From positions 92,070,001 through 92,134,000 of the forward strand of contig OX597814.1 in assembly GCA_951406725.2 (NCBI GenBank): DNA of 64,000 bases. Reading direction: 5' to 3'. The notes beneath the pieces were generated by a model. It saw only the letters and a program-made list of their open reading frames with translations, had not been told where the DNA came from and did not search any database. Numbering within the stretch: the first letter of the stretch is position 1; each line of letters starts with the position of its first letter. Shown here one piece after another: positions 12,740 to 26,590 of the stretch. A program made the position numbers and the translations under genes. Source of the stretch: Octopus vulgaris. Lineage: Eukaryota.

Positions 12740-15700
12740 TAAGATTTGTCCAAGAGGAACGGTCCAATTATAGAAGAAATGATAAATGTTCGAATCATTA
12801 ATTACGAAGATTGAGGCAAAGTGAAGTACAGAAGGAAGAGCAACGAAAAAGGAACACAGAAAGACGGCGTCAGCTCTGTTTAGCGCAATCACAGGAGCGA
12901 AGAAAGCAAATTTTAGAACAAGATACTGCTCAGCACAGAAATATGAAACAATAACTGTCACAAGAACAACGTGAACAGATTTTAGAATGAAATGCAGCAC
13001 AACACAGAAGATGTCAGCAAATAAATAACAGGCTCTCTTATTATAGATCGACAATATGATATAGATGGACTTCTACAGTGCACGTTGACGTTGCTCGCCA
13101 AAGTTGCGGCCTCCGGGAAGTGCGATGCCACCCCTGCATGCTTTGATATTTATTGGAGAGCGTACAGGAGGAACAATGAACAATCCTATTGTTGGTATAT
13201 GCAGTAAATCAGGATTGATGAAAATTGAAAATATCCCTGAGTTACCGAACGAACTTGCTGATCTCTTTTTTTCTAATACTCCCGAAGCAAAATATTTCAA
13301 ATGTAATATTCGAAGGTTCATCAGCGCAATAACTATGTTTTCTATGAAAGTAGATGGAACTTTAATAATGAGAGGAATTACAATTATATACTACATGGAA
13401 TTCTTTATAGATTTATTGGAGCTCCTAGAAACCAAATAGGAACAGGCTTGTCTAGCTTACAAACGTATTTCTATGATCACGAAGAACAAACAAGAAGACG
13501 AATGGAATGCCTTTTAACAATGAAAACCAAGCCTTCGATGTAAACATATTTCGAAAAATTCATTCTGCTGTGATATCTACTGGAAATAATTATTTACAAT
13601 CTTTTCTATCCGTGCAGGAGCAAATTGACGCTGGAAATATTCCTACTGATGTGACAGTTGGCTTAAATGCTGATAAAAAACCTCATGAAGAACAATCTAG
13701 GAGCTATATACTACCAACTTCCAAAGAACTTGCTATTTTTATACCAAACAATCTTGATGAGGAAATGAATTGTTCAGAACGAGTGGTTGTAACAAAGTTC
13801 AGAGCGGATAATAACCAAAAATCTTCACAAATATTAAGTGATTCGCATCGATCATACGACCCAATGATGTACCCGTATTTCCTTTCTTCTGGCCTAGATG
13901 GGTGGGACCTTGGATTAATGAATGAAAATGGCAACCGTCAAATTTCAATAGATCAATTTTATTGTTATCGCATCATGAAAAGAACAGGATCTACAAATCT
14001 ATTGCAATTAGGTCAGCGTTTGTTTCAGCTATACTCTGTAAGATCAATTTTCCAAAGTACAATCCACCCGTCTACGATATGTTCGTCACAATCAAGCAAC
14101 CTTAAGAACTGATTTATGTAATGGCTTACAAGATGCTATACTTGCAGGTGATTCTGATCGTACAGGTCGTAGATATATATTACCAAGTTCATTTACAGGC
14201 AGTCCGCGATATATGGCACAACACAACCAGGATGCAATGACTATAATGAGAAAGTTTGACAAACCTACTTTATTTTTTACTTTTACATGCAAGCCAAAAT
14301 GACATGAAATAATTAACGAGATTTCTGTGTGCCAGACGGCGGTTGACCGACCAGATATCACTGCAAGAGTATTTAAATTAAAGAAAGAGCAACTATTGCA
14401 CGATATCGAATCAGGAGTCCTTGGCAAACTTATTGCTCATGCGAACACAGTGGAATTTCAAAAAAGAGGATTACCTCATTGCCATTTCTTATTCATAATA
14501 CACAATCATCACTCTGTCGAGGCCGGCTTTTTCTCTCGTCCTTTCTGGGTCGATAAATTAAGTACCAGTTGCGTACTGGAGTCAATCTAATTGACTGGCC
14601 CCGCTACCCAAAAATTTCGGGCCTGTGCCTAGAGTAGAAACAAAAGAATCATCACAACACATGCCAAGAAATTGATAAAATTGTCACAGCTGAACTTCCT
14701 AATCCCGAAAACCGATTAACGTCACATCTGTATTCCTTGGGGAAGAAACATGATACATGGACCCTGCAGAAAGAAAAGATAAATTAAATTATCCTTGCAT
14801 GGTGAATGATGTTTGCAGTAAAAGATATATAAAATATTACAGATAACAAACTTTAATTGGAAATGATTTTTATCCGCAATATCGTCGATGAAGCCCTCGA
14901 GATGGTGGCTTCCCAGCTTCCATACTTATTGGAAATAGGGAAATTGTTCTTGATAACCGTTATGCAGTTCCTTATAAAGCTTGGTTGTTGCAGAAGTACG
15001 AAGCGCATATTAATCTTGAATGGTATGCATCTATTAAGACTTGTAACAGTTTCTTTACACAGACAAGAAAATGGCGTGCGTGTTAATGTTGGATGAAATT
15101 TCTAATTACGAAAATTGCCACGATATTGGAGCGACAGAAGGCTTGCTGGAGATTATCTGAGCTTCCGATTCAGCAAAGGCAACCTGCGGTTGAATGCTTG
15201 CCGATACACTTGCCAGATCAACAAATGATTGTGTTTAATCCGAATCATGCACAAGAAGCTTTAACAAAAAATAGATCGACCAAATTGACAGCCTATTTCA
15301 AGATGAATGAACAAGATCCCTTAGCAAAAGTTATCCTCTACTGTGACTTTCCACAGCATTATACTTGATGTAACAATGATAACCGTTGGAGGAAAAGAGT
15401 TAGACAAAATGACAATATTCCAGAAGGTATTGATAGAGTGTACATCCATCGCAAGGGGAGCTATTTTATCTTAGACTATTACTTCAATATAAAGCGAAAG
15501 CGACAAGCTTTGAAAATCTAATCACAATTAATAGTGTTGTTTGCGAAAATTTTAAGCACGCATGTCAAATGATGAATCTTTTAGAAAATGATCAACAATG
15601 GGAACTTTGTTTAAATGAGTCAAGAGCAATATGTTCAGCGAGCGAATGACTTGCAAAATTTGTTCGTCAGTATTCTTCAGTTTTGCTCTCCCTCCAGACC

Positions 15701-16605
15701 ACTAGAATTATACATGTTTCGCAATGATCTTTGCCAGGATTACTTCCATCAAATGAAACAACACAATTTTTCTCATGAAGCAGCTTTGCATATTGCCCTG
15801 AATGTCATGATGTGTGAATTGGATCATTGCATAGGTCAAAATGACTATAGTACAGTATTTTTGGGATTGCCTGCTGCTATTGATGATCTGCGAATGCATA
15901 CTGTTCTACTTCATAAATTTAGATGGATTCAAATGCGGAAGAAATATTCAAAGCTAACATCCATATGCTAAATAATGACCAGAGAATCGTTTTTGAAAAT
16001 ATTCAACAGAAAATTTATTGAAATAAAAGTGGTTTGATATTTATTGATGCTCCCGGAGGTACTGGAAAAACTTTTCTTCTTAATATATTACTGTCTTATT
16101 TGAGCAAAACAACCAACTAGTTATTGCCACAGTGTCATCAGGCATTGCTGTGACACTACTGAAGTTACGTCTCGCCGCTCACTATCGATTCAAGCTCACC
16201 ATAACGGTAAACTGTGTCTCCTCTTGGTGTCACTGGCCATTTGCTTGATGATGCACACTTGATTATTTGGGGCGATGCACCCATTTGTCATCGTTATCTA
16301 TTTGAAGTGCTGAATCGAACACTAAAGGATGTAATGAACAGTGGTTCGAAGAGCACGAAGGTCTTCTCTAACTGGGGCATGTTTGAAATTTGGCACGAAT
16401 GCGAAGTGCTTCATCTCACCACTAATATGAACGTGCAAAACTGTCTCAGCTATAATGATACCTCATCTCAAGCACACTTTCGATTACCCTCATTATTCTG
16501 CAACACTCTCATACCGATTTGCCCTTTACTTTGAAAAGACGCCAATTTTCATAATGAAAAGATAAGAAGACTTACGCGTAATGTTGTCTACACGGAAATA
16601 GTGTA
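12740..16605 (+). mobile_element. Helitron RepHel pseudogene (HUH Rep + Pif1-like helicase)
   Basis: 'SHRSYDPMMYP', 'GRRYILPSSFTGSPRYM', 'RPDITARVF', HUH motif 'VEFQKRGLPHCH' (14450-14485), 'LPIHLPDQQ', Walker A 'FIDAPGGTGKT' (16040-16072) and terminal 'TRNVVYTEI'. Many stops and frameshifts; helicase partly deleted. Confidence 0.95.
14513..14640 (+). mobile_element. SINE family A fragment inserted in the Helitron Rep domain
   Basis: 'gtcgataaattaagtaccagttgcgtactgg...gcctagagtagaaa' interrupts the Rep frame just after the HUH motif. Confidence 0.8.
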
Positions 16606-16824
16606 AATATTGGTATATTGCCTATGTGAAAAGTACAGATTTGCTTAATACTTTCTTTGCTATTTTATTACTGATTTTTTAAAAAGTATTTGCATAAATA
16701 AGAATATGTAAATATATTATCAAATTATATATTTTGTGTATTTCTCAAACAATTGTTGAATTAAATTGAAATGTTATGCCAAACATAGCATTGTTTTTTC
16801 CTTATTGACGAGTCATGTACAAGT

Positions 16825-16844
16825 AATAATAAGGATGATGATGA

Positions 16845-16934
<90 letters not shown>

Positions 16935-17016
16935 CAACAACAACAATAATAATAATAATAATAACGATAATAATAATAATAATAACAACAACAACAACAA
17001 CAATAATAATAATAAT
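16825..17016. repeat. (AAT/AAC)n microsatellite
   Basis: Directly visible. Confidence 0.95.
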
Positions 17017-17017
17017 A

Positions 17018-17171
17018 TTTCTTTACTACCCACAAGGGGCTAAACACAGAGGGGGACGAACAAGGACAGAGAAACAGATTAAGTCGATTATATCGACCCC
17101 AGTGGGTAACTGGTACTTATTTAATCGACCCCGAAAGGATGAAAGGCAAAGTCGACCTCGGCGGAATTTGA
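17018..17171 (-). mobile_element. SINE family A 3' half
   Basis: Reverse complement of the 1785-1932 part of the 1719 copy. Confidence 0.85.
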
Positions 17172-17204
17172 AATAATAATAGTAATAAATAATCTTGATG
17201 ATGA

Positions 17205-17640
17205 TTTCATTTATTTGCTACAAGGACGAAGAATGAGGGGGGCAACACAAAGGCCGACATAAAATGTGGAGGTGTTACTTATAATGAAATGAGTTTTAAA
17301 AAATAGTGTAAGTATATACGGTATACACTAAAAAGGAAGTGGCATATACATAGTATATAAAAGTTTAAAAAGTGGCACGTTGATAGAGACGTAACCCTCC
17401 TGATACCAGAGTACCTCTCGAATTTATCCAGTAACCCCACTGTCTGAGAGTTCCCTGAACACCAGGAGCAAGTACTCTCTCCATTTCCTTCTATCCGACT
17501 TACAGGTCTACACTCAGAGAGGTACCAACCACTCTTGTCATTTTCGCAAATTCCCCCCACCTTTCAGTAAACTCACTCGAGGACTGCACTTCCTTCTCCA
17601 TTCACAATTTCCCTTTAAAGTTCTCTTCATTGTTTTTTCT
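17205..17640 (-). mobile_element. 3' end of a Tx1-like LINE
   Basis: Minus-strand '..SSSEFTERWGEFAKMTRVVGTSLSVDL*' followed by a UTR ending 'gtccttgtagcaaataaatgaaat'. Confidence 0.55.
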
Positions 17641-17649
17641 TGTTGGAAT

Positions 17650-18950
17650 TGTCTAGAATATTGCTGTCATGTTTGAGTTTATGATTGTAAAGGGCGTTGC
17701 AATACTCAGATCATTTGATGACACCATTGTCATCTTTGAAGAGCAGACCTGTTTTATCCTCAATGATATTAGTGGCATATGTTTTGTTTTCGTTAGGAAT
17801 TTAGAGATTCCATATGCAATCTTCTTCTTGTCCTGCCTTATCCCAGCTTCGATTATTTAGCACAGGTCTGCTACCCATTCCTCTTTGGCTTCCCTCATTT
17901 TCTCCCCAACCTTCCAATTCACAGCATTTTATTTCCAATTTCCCTCCTGATTTGCTAGTTTGGTTTCCATAGAGTCCATGTTAAATCCAAATGTCATCAA
18001 TGACCCATGGTTCCTTTTTCCCCCCTTTATCTCCCTTCAAGATTCATTTCCTGAAGTACTTTCCTGTTATTGTTGGTCGTAAAATTTATATCATCTGCCA
18101 GAACGTTAAGGACTGCAAATCTATCACCTACTTTCGACTCAATCTTCGTTGCATCCCTAGGATCTTCTGTTTTTCTACATCAAACCTAATACTCATTTCT
18201 GGAGGGTTCTGTTCAGTCGCAGCCTCATTGTCATCATGAGCAAATCATGATCACTATTGGCATCCACACAAGGGAATGTCATAGTCCTAACCGTGCTGAT
18301 GTTGGACTTGAAGTTTTGAGGTGCGAGGATAAAGTCGATTTAGTTTGTGATTTAGTTTATGACTGGGATCATGTCATGTTTTTCTGCACCAGGAATTGTG
18401 TGGGAATATCGTGTTGGCTGGTGTCAGCGTGTGCTTGCTAGCGAAATCTAGGACTTGCAGTACATGATCGTTAGTTTCTCTGATCCCGAAAAGTCCTACT
18501 GTCACAGCACATTGCTTACATGTATTTGTGTCTACATTGGCTCTCCAGTCTCCTGGTGTTCCAGTCACCCTGGACGATGAGAACAACTTGTTTAGGAGTT
18601 ACCTTGATGATTTTTCCATGTCCAACAAGAACTCCTCAACAGTATCCTCATCATATTCAAGAGTTTCCGCATAGACCTGTATTATACTAATATACTATTG
18701 TCCTGCAGCTACATGTATTTTGATAAGTCTTCTGAATTCTGCAATGCAGCTGATGACTGAACTTACACGGGCTTTGTTGAAAATGAAACCCACTCCATGT
18801 TCATGATTGGGGTCATCATCGCTGTATTATAGTTTGTGACATTCATCTGTTGTTGTGTCGCCAAACCTTGACTTCGGTCAGCCTAAGATATTTCAGGTGT
18901 ACTTGTTAATTTCGTGAGTCAGTTCCTCCATCCTTCTGAAAGCTTACAGA
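17650..18950 (-). mobile_element. RTE-clade LINE, APE endonuclease region, decayed
   Basis: Minus strand 'HEHGVGFIF', 'ISIIQVYA', 'GDWRANV', 'VGLFG.RETN' and 'ANTIFPH'. Confidence 0.8.
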
Positions 18951-19685
18951 GTACAAAAACTGTACTCCTCCGTGCTCTGTATGTAAATATATATATATAT
19001 GTATAAATAGTGTGTGTGTGTATGTATGTATGTATGTATGTATGTATGTATGTATGTATGTATGTATGTATGTATGAGTGTGTGTGGGTGTTTGTGTGTG
19101 TGTTAATGTTCGTTTTTTATGTTTAGTTACAATAAAAATTTTACATTAATCTAAAAGTTATTCAATACTTTTGTAGAATTTGTTCTTAAACAAAAATACT
19201 ATTCACAGTGTCTTCAAAGTCTCGGATTGCTAAGCCATCACCGAACGATGATATATATGTACTGTACAAAAATTTATGAATAATCCTTAGGTTAATGTGA
19301 AATGGTTTTTATAACTGTAAAAACAAACTCTCTTCCTTGATATGGTAACAATACTATAAAATATTTAATTCTTTTATTTTTTGAGAAATTTCTACATAAA
19401 TAGCAAGTAAGATCTACTAGGTAGATCAAAATTATCGAAGGATTTTCTACCTATTTTGTCAGGTGTTGATATAGTTCTGAAATCTTGAATTGATATATAT
19501 GGTTCACCTTCCCACAAAATACTTCGTAATTAACTTTAATCGTAGAATATAGGCACTTATAAATATCACTTAATGTGTATAGTCCTGATTCTTTGTTGGG
19601 GATCATTTTGAGAACGAAATGTAGCATCCTTGGCTTTCTGCAGGGCTTCTCTTATTGCTGTGGAATGAGAGAAAGGCAACATGAG

Positions 19686-19748
19686 TAGAAGAAGAAGAAG
19701 AAGAAGAAGAAGAAGAAGAAGAAGAAGAAGAAGAAGAAGAAGAAGAAG

Positions 19749-19779
<31 letters not shown>

Positions 19780-19803
19780 GGAACAATAACAACAACAACA
19801 ACA
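19686..19803. repeat. (AGA)n(ACA)n microsatellite
   Basis: Directly visible. Confidence 0.95.
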
Positions 19804-20572
19804 GCAAGCTCATGCACTCTAATTATTCATTCCTTTTTGGACAACTACTCCAGAGAAATGCCCCATTGTCACTAGATAACATTTATCAACTAACAAACTT
19901 TGCTCTAATCTTTCTTCTTATCTGCATGAATTGGGATTTTCAAATCTTAATGATATCAATGTTAAGGAACGAGAGAGTCTAAGAAATCCTTGTCTCTCTA
20001 ACTTAGGAGTAATGAAAGCATCCTTTGGAAATTTCTTACGGTCATTGCAAAGAGTAACTAGGATCTTTGTAACTGTGATCGTTCGATGTATGAGGTATTG
20101 CAAGTAAATATCCTCCAGATCCCATAGTGTTCACTTCACGAAATGGGATACATTCCCAACATAATTATGGTGTACTAAATTGCAAAAGAAGTTGACGTGA
20201 TAACGGCTGGAATGCATTGATCATAGATGTGTTCGATAACGTCTGACAAAAGGTTAAACAAAATCAAGATCTACAACTTATAGAACGCATTTACGATATC
20301 GTTGCTAAGTATATGTTGAGAGTTTGTAGCTATCTTTATCAGTGATATATATTATAGGATAAGTATTTTTCTCAAAGGTTGACAGAAAAGCTAATGAAAT
20401 ATCAATTACACTTAATTGAATAAAGTCCCCTGAATATTTATGAGAGTTGTAAACGCGTACATCAAAAGAAATATATATAGCAAAATAATTTCTGCGTCAC
20501 CAATTCCTACTTGCGCATGTGTGTGTGCGTATGTGAATGTGTGTGTGTCTCTGCGTGTGTGTGTGTGTGTGT

Positions 20573-20624
<52 letters not shown>

Positions 20625-20947
20625 TGCGTTCACTGCGTTGGTTTCAGTTGAACGAATAAGAAACGAGCGGTTAATCCATGCTGTCGAGCACATGTGTCTT
20701 TTTTGAATGAAACTGAAAGTGAGAGTTAGTCTTGCAGCTCGAATTTCAAATCTTTGTGATCTTCAGACAAGAATTCGTCTGAATATCACAACTGCATGAG
20801 ACACAAGTCACCACACAAACTCAGTTTAGTTGCAAAAGAAAAACAATACTTACACACACTCACGCGAGCGCACGAGCACACACACACACACACACACATA
20901 CACATATGTATATATTTATTAAAGCAGCAAAAACATCACAAAAATGA

Positions 20948-21043
20948 GCTACTCAGAGTTTCACGTTCCCGTTCTTCGGGTAGTTGTGGTACATAATGGA
21001 ATAAAATTGTGAACATGAAGAGGAATGTGAAACTCTGAGTAGC
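20948..21043. ncRNA. Inverted pair of degenerate minimal hammerhead motifs
   Basis: gctactcagagtttcacgttcc (20948) and ggaatgtgaaactctgagtagc (21022) are inverted. Read outward they give (c/a)(c/t)gaaga-stemII-gaaactctgagta. Confidence 0.45.
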
Positions 21044-22005
21044 AACTTTAATAAAAAGGGCACATCACTCTACCTTCGGTATTCGGGTATTATTTGTTCC
21101 ACCTTCATTTGAATTTATGTGCTTACTAGTGTGTGTATATATATATATAAATATATATACACACACACACATATCCATACACGAGTGAGCACATAAATGC
21201 AAATTCAGGTGGAAATTTACTAATAATTTAATAAGGATCGGATTTTCTATGACTAAAAGCATATTTAGACAGATATCATCTTCTAATAATATAAAACTTG
21301 ATATATTACACAAATAGAAACATTCCCACAGAGATGATACTAAAATTGATTATAATATTATACCTAGACGAAATAGGAGCACTAATACCAACGCATGCAA
21401 TAAGATCTAAATGTTTTATGTGACTGTATAGTTAAGGCAAATTGTAAATTTTTACAATTACAGTAAACGTAAAGGCCTAATTATCTTGTAGCAACAGCGT
21501 ATTACGTAAAATATCGTACCTAGAAGTCTCATTTCGAAATATTAATAAACGTAATAGCACAGGTCTTATTAAATTTATCTGGAAACTTAAAGATAGTAAT
21601 AAAACCTATAAGATAGATGGAAAGTTGTAAATAAATCTCTACATTATAAACCACCAGCTAAGACTTCTTCGCTCTGTCTAGATGAAACCATACACTGTTC
21701 TCTAAGCACAATATCTTAAAGGATAAACCAGAAAAATATTTACCAATGTTTGCATGCACATAACTCTTTTATTCTTTTATTCTGTTTCAGTCATTTGACT
21801 GCAGCCATGCTGGAGCACCACCTTTAGACGAGCAAATCGACCACAGGACTTATTCTTTGTAAGCCTAGTACTTACTCTATCGGTCTGTTTTTCCGAACCG
21901 CTAAGTTACGGGGACATAAACACACCAACATCGTTTGTCAAGCGATGTTCGGGACCAAATAGACACACAAACATATATACATACATATATATATATATAT
22001 AAATA

Positions 22006-22500
22006 CAGTTGCGGCATTGTTTTCGTCAGAAAAGTAGATATAAAGTTTTATCAAAGTAGTTTTATATTCTATAATTTTCACAGACAATAAATACAATATT
22101 AATTGTTATTGTCTGAGATTTTGAGAGGATAATACAAAAGTTATGGATGATTTAGTGATTTTCTGCAAAATCCATGGCGGCCAAAAGGATCAGAACGGTT
22201 GAAAAAAATAACAAAATAATCAATATTGACAGAGAATACTGGAATTATTTAATATCTAGTGTGAAGCCCTTTAGCTTCAATCACATTTGACATCTTCGAC
22301 TGCATGAGGAAATTAAATTTTCAATTTCTTCCTGGGTGATCTTATTCCATTCTTCCTGAAGGCCATTCCATAATTGCTCAGTTGTTTTAGGATTTCTGGC
22401 CTTCGAACGTTCTCCTAGAATATTCCATACATTTTCAATAGGATTGAGATCTGGGCTTTGAGCAGGCCAATCTATAACAATAACCTTTTCAGCCTTGAAT
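22006..22500 (-). mobile_element. Tc1 (DD34E) transposon 3' fragment
   Basis: Minus-strand 'WPAQSPDLNPIENVW'; terminus TA-cagttgcggc at 22004-22015. Confidence 0.85.
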
Positions 22501-22501
22501 A

Positions 22502-22775
22502 GGCCCTGCCCTATTTAACATTGTCCTGAAAGAGATCAAAGAGGAACAGCATCCCATCAACTTTAAACGGAGTCTGGATAGTTTCCTTCAAGGAATACCA
22601 GATAAGCCACCCATGATTGGATACAACTCACCCAACAAAAACTCACTACTTGAATGGACCATAAACAAAACTTGACTTAAACAGGATTCAAATAATCCTA
22701 TCAGGTGGTGCTATTAAGTTAGACATGGCCCGGACCAATCATTGGTCGAAACATATCTAAGTTTATCTAAGTTTA
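22502..22775 (+). mobile_element. CR1/L2-group LINE 3' end
   Basis: 'GPALFNIVLKEIKE...FKRSLDSFLQGIPDKP' plus a tandem-repeat tail (tatctaagtt)2. Confidence 0.75.
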
Positions 22776-22784
22776 TATATATAT

Positions 22785-22818
<34 letters not shown>

Positions 22819-22985
22819 GTTTCGCCTTCTTTCTCTCCTTGTTTTTTTCTGTGTATCTTTCTGTGGTAGAGCGTAGGCCCGAAACGTAAAAGACTTTTTC
22901 TATTCCTGAGCGTTATACTAATACATTTGTTTGTTTGCACACCACCTGCCTCCGTTTTTGTTTATTTTCGTAAACTTTGCTTTTA
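22819..22985 (+). mobile_element. PLE terminal-repeat-like fragment with degenerate hammerhead
   Basis: tcttt-ctgtggt-a-gagc-gtag-gccc-gaaacgta/aaaga (22856-22893). Stem I tcttt:aaaga and the GUA site are intact; the core is mutated. Confidence 0.55.
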
Positions 22986-23691
22986 TATATATGTATATAT
23001 ATATACATATATATATGTCTGTGTGTATATATATGTATATATATATATATATATATACGACGGGCGTTCGTCGGCGCGAGGCTCTAGTAGAAGACACTTG
23101 TCCAAGCTACCACGCAGTGGGACTGAACCCGAAACTATGTGGTTGGTAAGCAACCTACTTACCATACAGCCAATCCTGTGCTTTTTCTAAATTTATATAA
23201 TTATATACTTGTTTTCCAATATTATTTCACAGGATTATATAACATAACATGCATTGGATATAATTACAATACAATATTACTTCTTGTATATATACATAAC
23301 TTATTCAGTTGTGGAACATAATACTTCCTAATCACATATTCATATATATCCTGGTTTTTAATGTTCAAGTTGATTAATTAGCATTGATTTTATCATGTTA
23401 TTTACCATATTATTTTTTAACATTATTTCGTATTAGCTGAATAATCATAACACTTATTGTTATCCCTATAACCTTTAATTAACCCTTAATATTAATATAT
23501 TTCTTTTATTCTGATCTTTATACTTAATCCCAAACTCATCATAATGTAATATTACATAATATCCCACCATACTTATATTCCATGTAACTCAGCTATATCC
23601 AATTTTTATCTAAATTTTCCAAACTATATTATCAATTTACTTTTAACTCTATGCAATACAATCCTCTTCTTTGTAAATTTAAATTTTTACT

Positions 23692-23742
<51 letters not shown>

Positions 23743-26164
23743 CACACATATATATACATATATATATATATATGTGTGTGTATATACATATATATATATA
23801 TGTATGTATATATATGGAGTATATATATACATATATATATATATATCCATACATTCAAATAACAAATTATATATTAGTTCTCAGCAGCATATTCACTACT
23901 CAACCACTTAAATTTTTCAATATTACGGACAGTCATATAATCCATATTTTTTTAACAAGTGACAATAGTATACTTATTTATTAAAACAATCATTATATAA
24001 ACCACTTTTAATACCATTATATAAGTATAAATTTATTCTATTGATCTCTTGATTTTGTAATTATACCATTCAAAAATTTACTTGAACTCTTATAATTTAC
24101 TTAAACTCTATAATACCTATCTCATTGTAAAATAGAATATATAATTACCATTAAAGAACCTCCAATTTATATTTTCTGATACAACTCCTATTGTTACATA
24201 AATGCTGTTAAGTGAATATATTATCTTTTATTTTATAAAATCTTATAATCGAGCATTAATGACTGTTGATACTTTTAATTTATGTACATATGAAACTTAA
24301 AACCACACGTGCATAAATATCCATATTATCCCTAAACCTAATAGACATATTTCTCTAGTAAAACATATAATATTTTCGCATTATAATAAAAACTGACACA
24401 TTTAGCCATACGAAAAAAGGGAGATTACTAGTTACTCATATTAGATCGAATGAAACAAAAAAAAACTACAACACTGGTTTTAATTTTTTTCGCATCTCCT
24501 AAGTAAAATATAATCTTTTTATATACCTAATATTTTTTACATACCTAATATTTTTTCTTAGAATACCGGAATTTTCCAGTAATACAAGGAAAATAGATAT
24601 ATCATATAAAAGAATAGCTTAAGGGAATGAGAAAAGCTTTTGATAAGGATTCTCAGTAAGTTGTAGTGAAATGAATGTAGAAATGCTGTGTGATTATCAA
24701 TAAGGAATAGTAAAATGAATTTACAAATGCAGAATGGTGTCAGTGTTTTTGCTGAAATTCCGACGCTATATCACATAAATGCAGGGCAAGGTGTTGTGTG
24801 TTTGTCTTTTTGTTGGTGTGTCGATGATTTTCGTTTCCCTGTGAATTTGTATCTCTGTGCGTATGGTTTCAGTCAGGTTGTCTCTGCTTATGCAAAAGAA
24901 ATTTGTATATTTAGATCTGAACGGATAATTGAGAAAAATAGGTATATCTGAAACATGAATGAATATACATACATGTGTATGTGTGCGTGCGTGTGATTGT
25001 TCTTTTAGAAAGAGAGAGAAAGAAAGAGAAAGGGAGAGATATAAAAGAAAATAGCGGCGCCATTTCTTTAGAGTTCCACTCTACTGGTGGAAGTCTACAA
25101 AAAGCAACTCTTATAATTTTCTTTTATCTTTTCTTTCTTTTCACCTTTTACTTGTTTCAGTCATTTGATTGTGGCCATGCTGGGTCACCGATTTGAAGAA
25201 ATTTTAGCGAACGTTTTGACCCCAGAGTGTTTTTTTATTTTTACTTGTGGTAGTCATTAGCAAGAGCGAGAGCTAGAGAGAGAGGGAGAGAAAGGGAGAG
25301 TGACTGCGTTTAAGTTTGCAGAGCAGGCCATCCTTGAATAAATATATATGGTGTGGTGGTTGTCATAAACCATATCCGTTATTCCCTCACCTGCCTCTCT
25401 TTTACTGTTTTATATCATTTTGAACCATATAGGCACACATATGTGCGAAAATGTGTGCACAATGAACGAGAAATTGAACTTGACACGAACTCATGAGCTA
25501 GCAAAGTAAACGATACTTAAATTATTGCAGAAGAAAGACTTTTGATAAATGTTTACAGGATGAGCAAGAGAAAGCATTTATAACTTGACAATATAGAACA
25601 TGACTGTAAATGGTAAATTTACTGAATAATTAACATACGATGTAAAGATGAAGTTGGCGTTTTACCAAACATCAGCAAGAGGTGATAGCTGCTCTCGTAC
25701 ACCTACTGACCGGGCTGAAAGTCGTTTAGTCGTATCCAATACATTAGGCAAGAAACTATTATGTACAATACCGACAGAACAAGATGTAAACAAATATGAT
25801 CAATGGAATATGCATAAATGTTTGGCTTAAATGAGCAAATTTTCGCCAAAGAAGTGTGTTAAAGTTATATAAAGAGAAACCTCAAGAAAAAGAGGGGTGA
25901 CGTTTAAAAGTCAAACAGAAGTAATGGATGGAGATAGGACTAATAAAGAAGAGGAAGAATAGGGGCAAAATACAAAGGGAGATGCAGAGACAGATGAGCA
26001 GTGTACTGAGTGAAAAAGAATAGTGAATGGACGGAGAGGAATAAGAGAAGAGGGAGTGGGAGAATATAAAGTCGTAGGAAATAAAGCAACTATTCTGAAA
26101 AAACAGTCTTGCGAAAACTAATAGGTCTACGCGCAAACGTGTAGTTCATGCACTTAAAAAAAAA

Positions 26165-26244
26165 GCATTAGTTATGGGACAACCCAACACATACACACAT
26201 ACACACACGTGTGTGTGTGTGTTGGGTCGTCCCATAAATAATGC
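26165..26244. repeat. ~80-bp palindrome of two mariner-like TIR ends around a CA/TG core
   Basis: gcattagttatgggacaacccaacac...gtgttgggtcgtcccataaataatgc. Confidence 0.75.
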
Positions 26245-26254
26245 GGTATATATA

Positions 26255-26321
<67 letters not shown>

Positions 26322-26369
26322 TTAGAAATGGATGTCTGGCGTTCAATCTTACATATGTATATACATTCA

Positions 26370-26590
26370 AAATGTGACCGCGTGTGTACCGTTGGCGATT
26401 TTTTCCTCCGTCTTCTCTTCTTTGGATCTTTTCTTTTCCTATGTTTCTGACGAAAGCTCCGCTCGAAACGTTAAGATCTCTTTATTTCCTTCTTTCCTGA
26501 GCGTCCAATAATACTATACTTGTTCCACGTCCTCGCGTTGTTTTGTTTTCTCTTTGTGTTTTCATGTTTGGATTAACTATACATATACAT
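26370..26590 (+). mobile_element. PLE terminal-repeat-like fragment with minimal hammerhead
   Basis: gttt-ctgacga-a-agc-tcc-gct-c-gaaacgtt/aag (26443-26475); its flank 'ttcctgagcgt' is shared with the 22819 copy. Confidence 0.6.

Larger units (their letters stand above)
21774..23175 (-). mobile_element. tRNA-derived SINE family B, split by nested insertions
   Basis: 3' half at 21774-21990 and 5' half at 23056-23175 are reverse complements of the family seen at 61383/63595-63805 ('tgtgtggtaagtagcttg...ccactgcgtggcaccttgg.caagtgtcttctac'). Confidence 0.8.

Noticed and set aside
12740-16605. Active Helitron or host Pif1 gene
   Set aside because: Numerous stops and frameshifts, a SINE insertion in Rep, and deleted helicase motifs.
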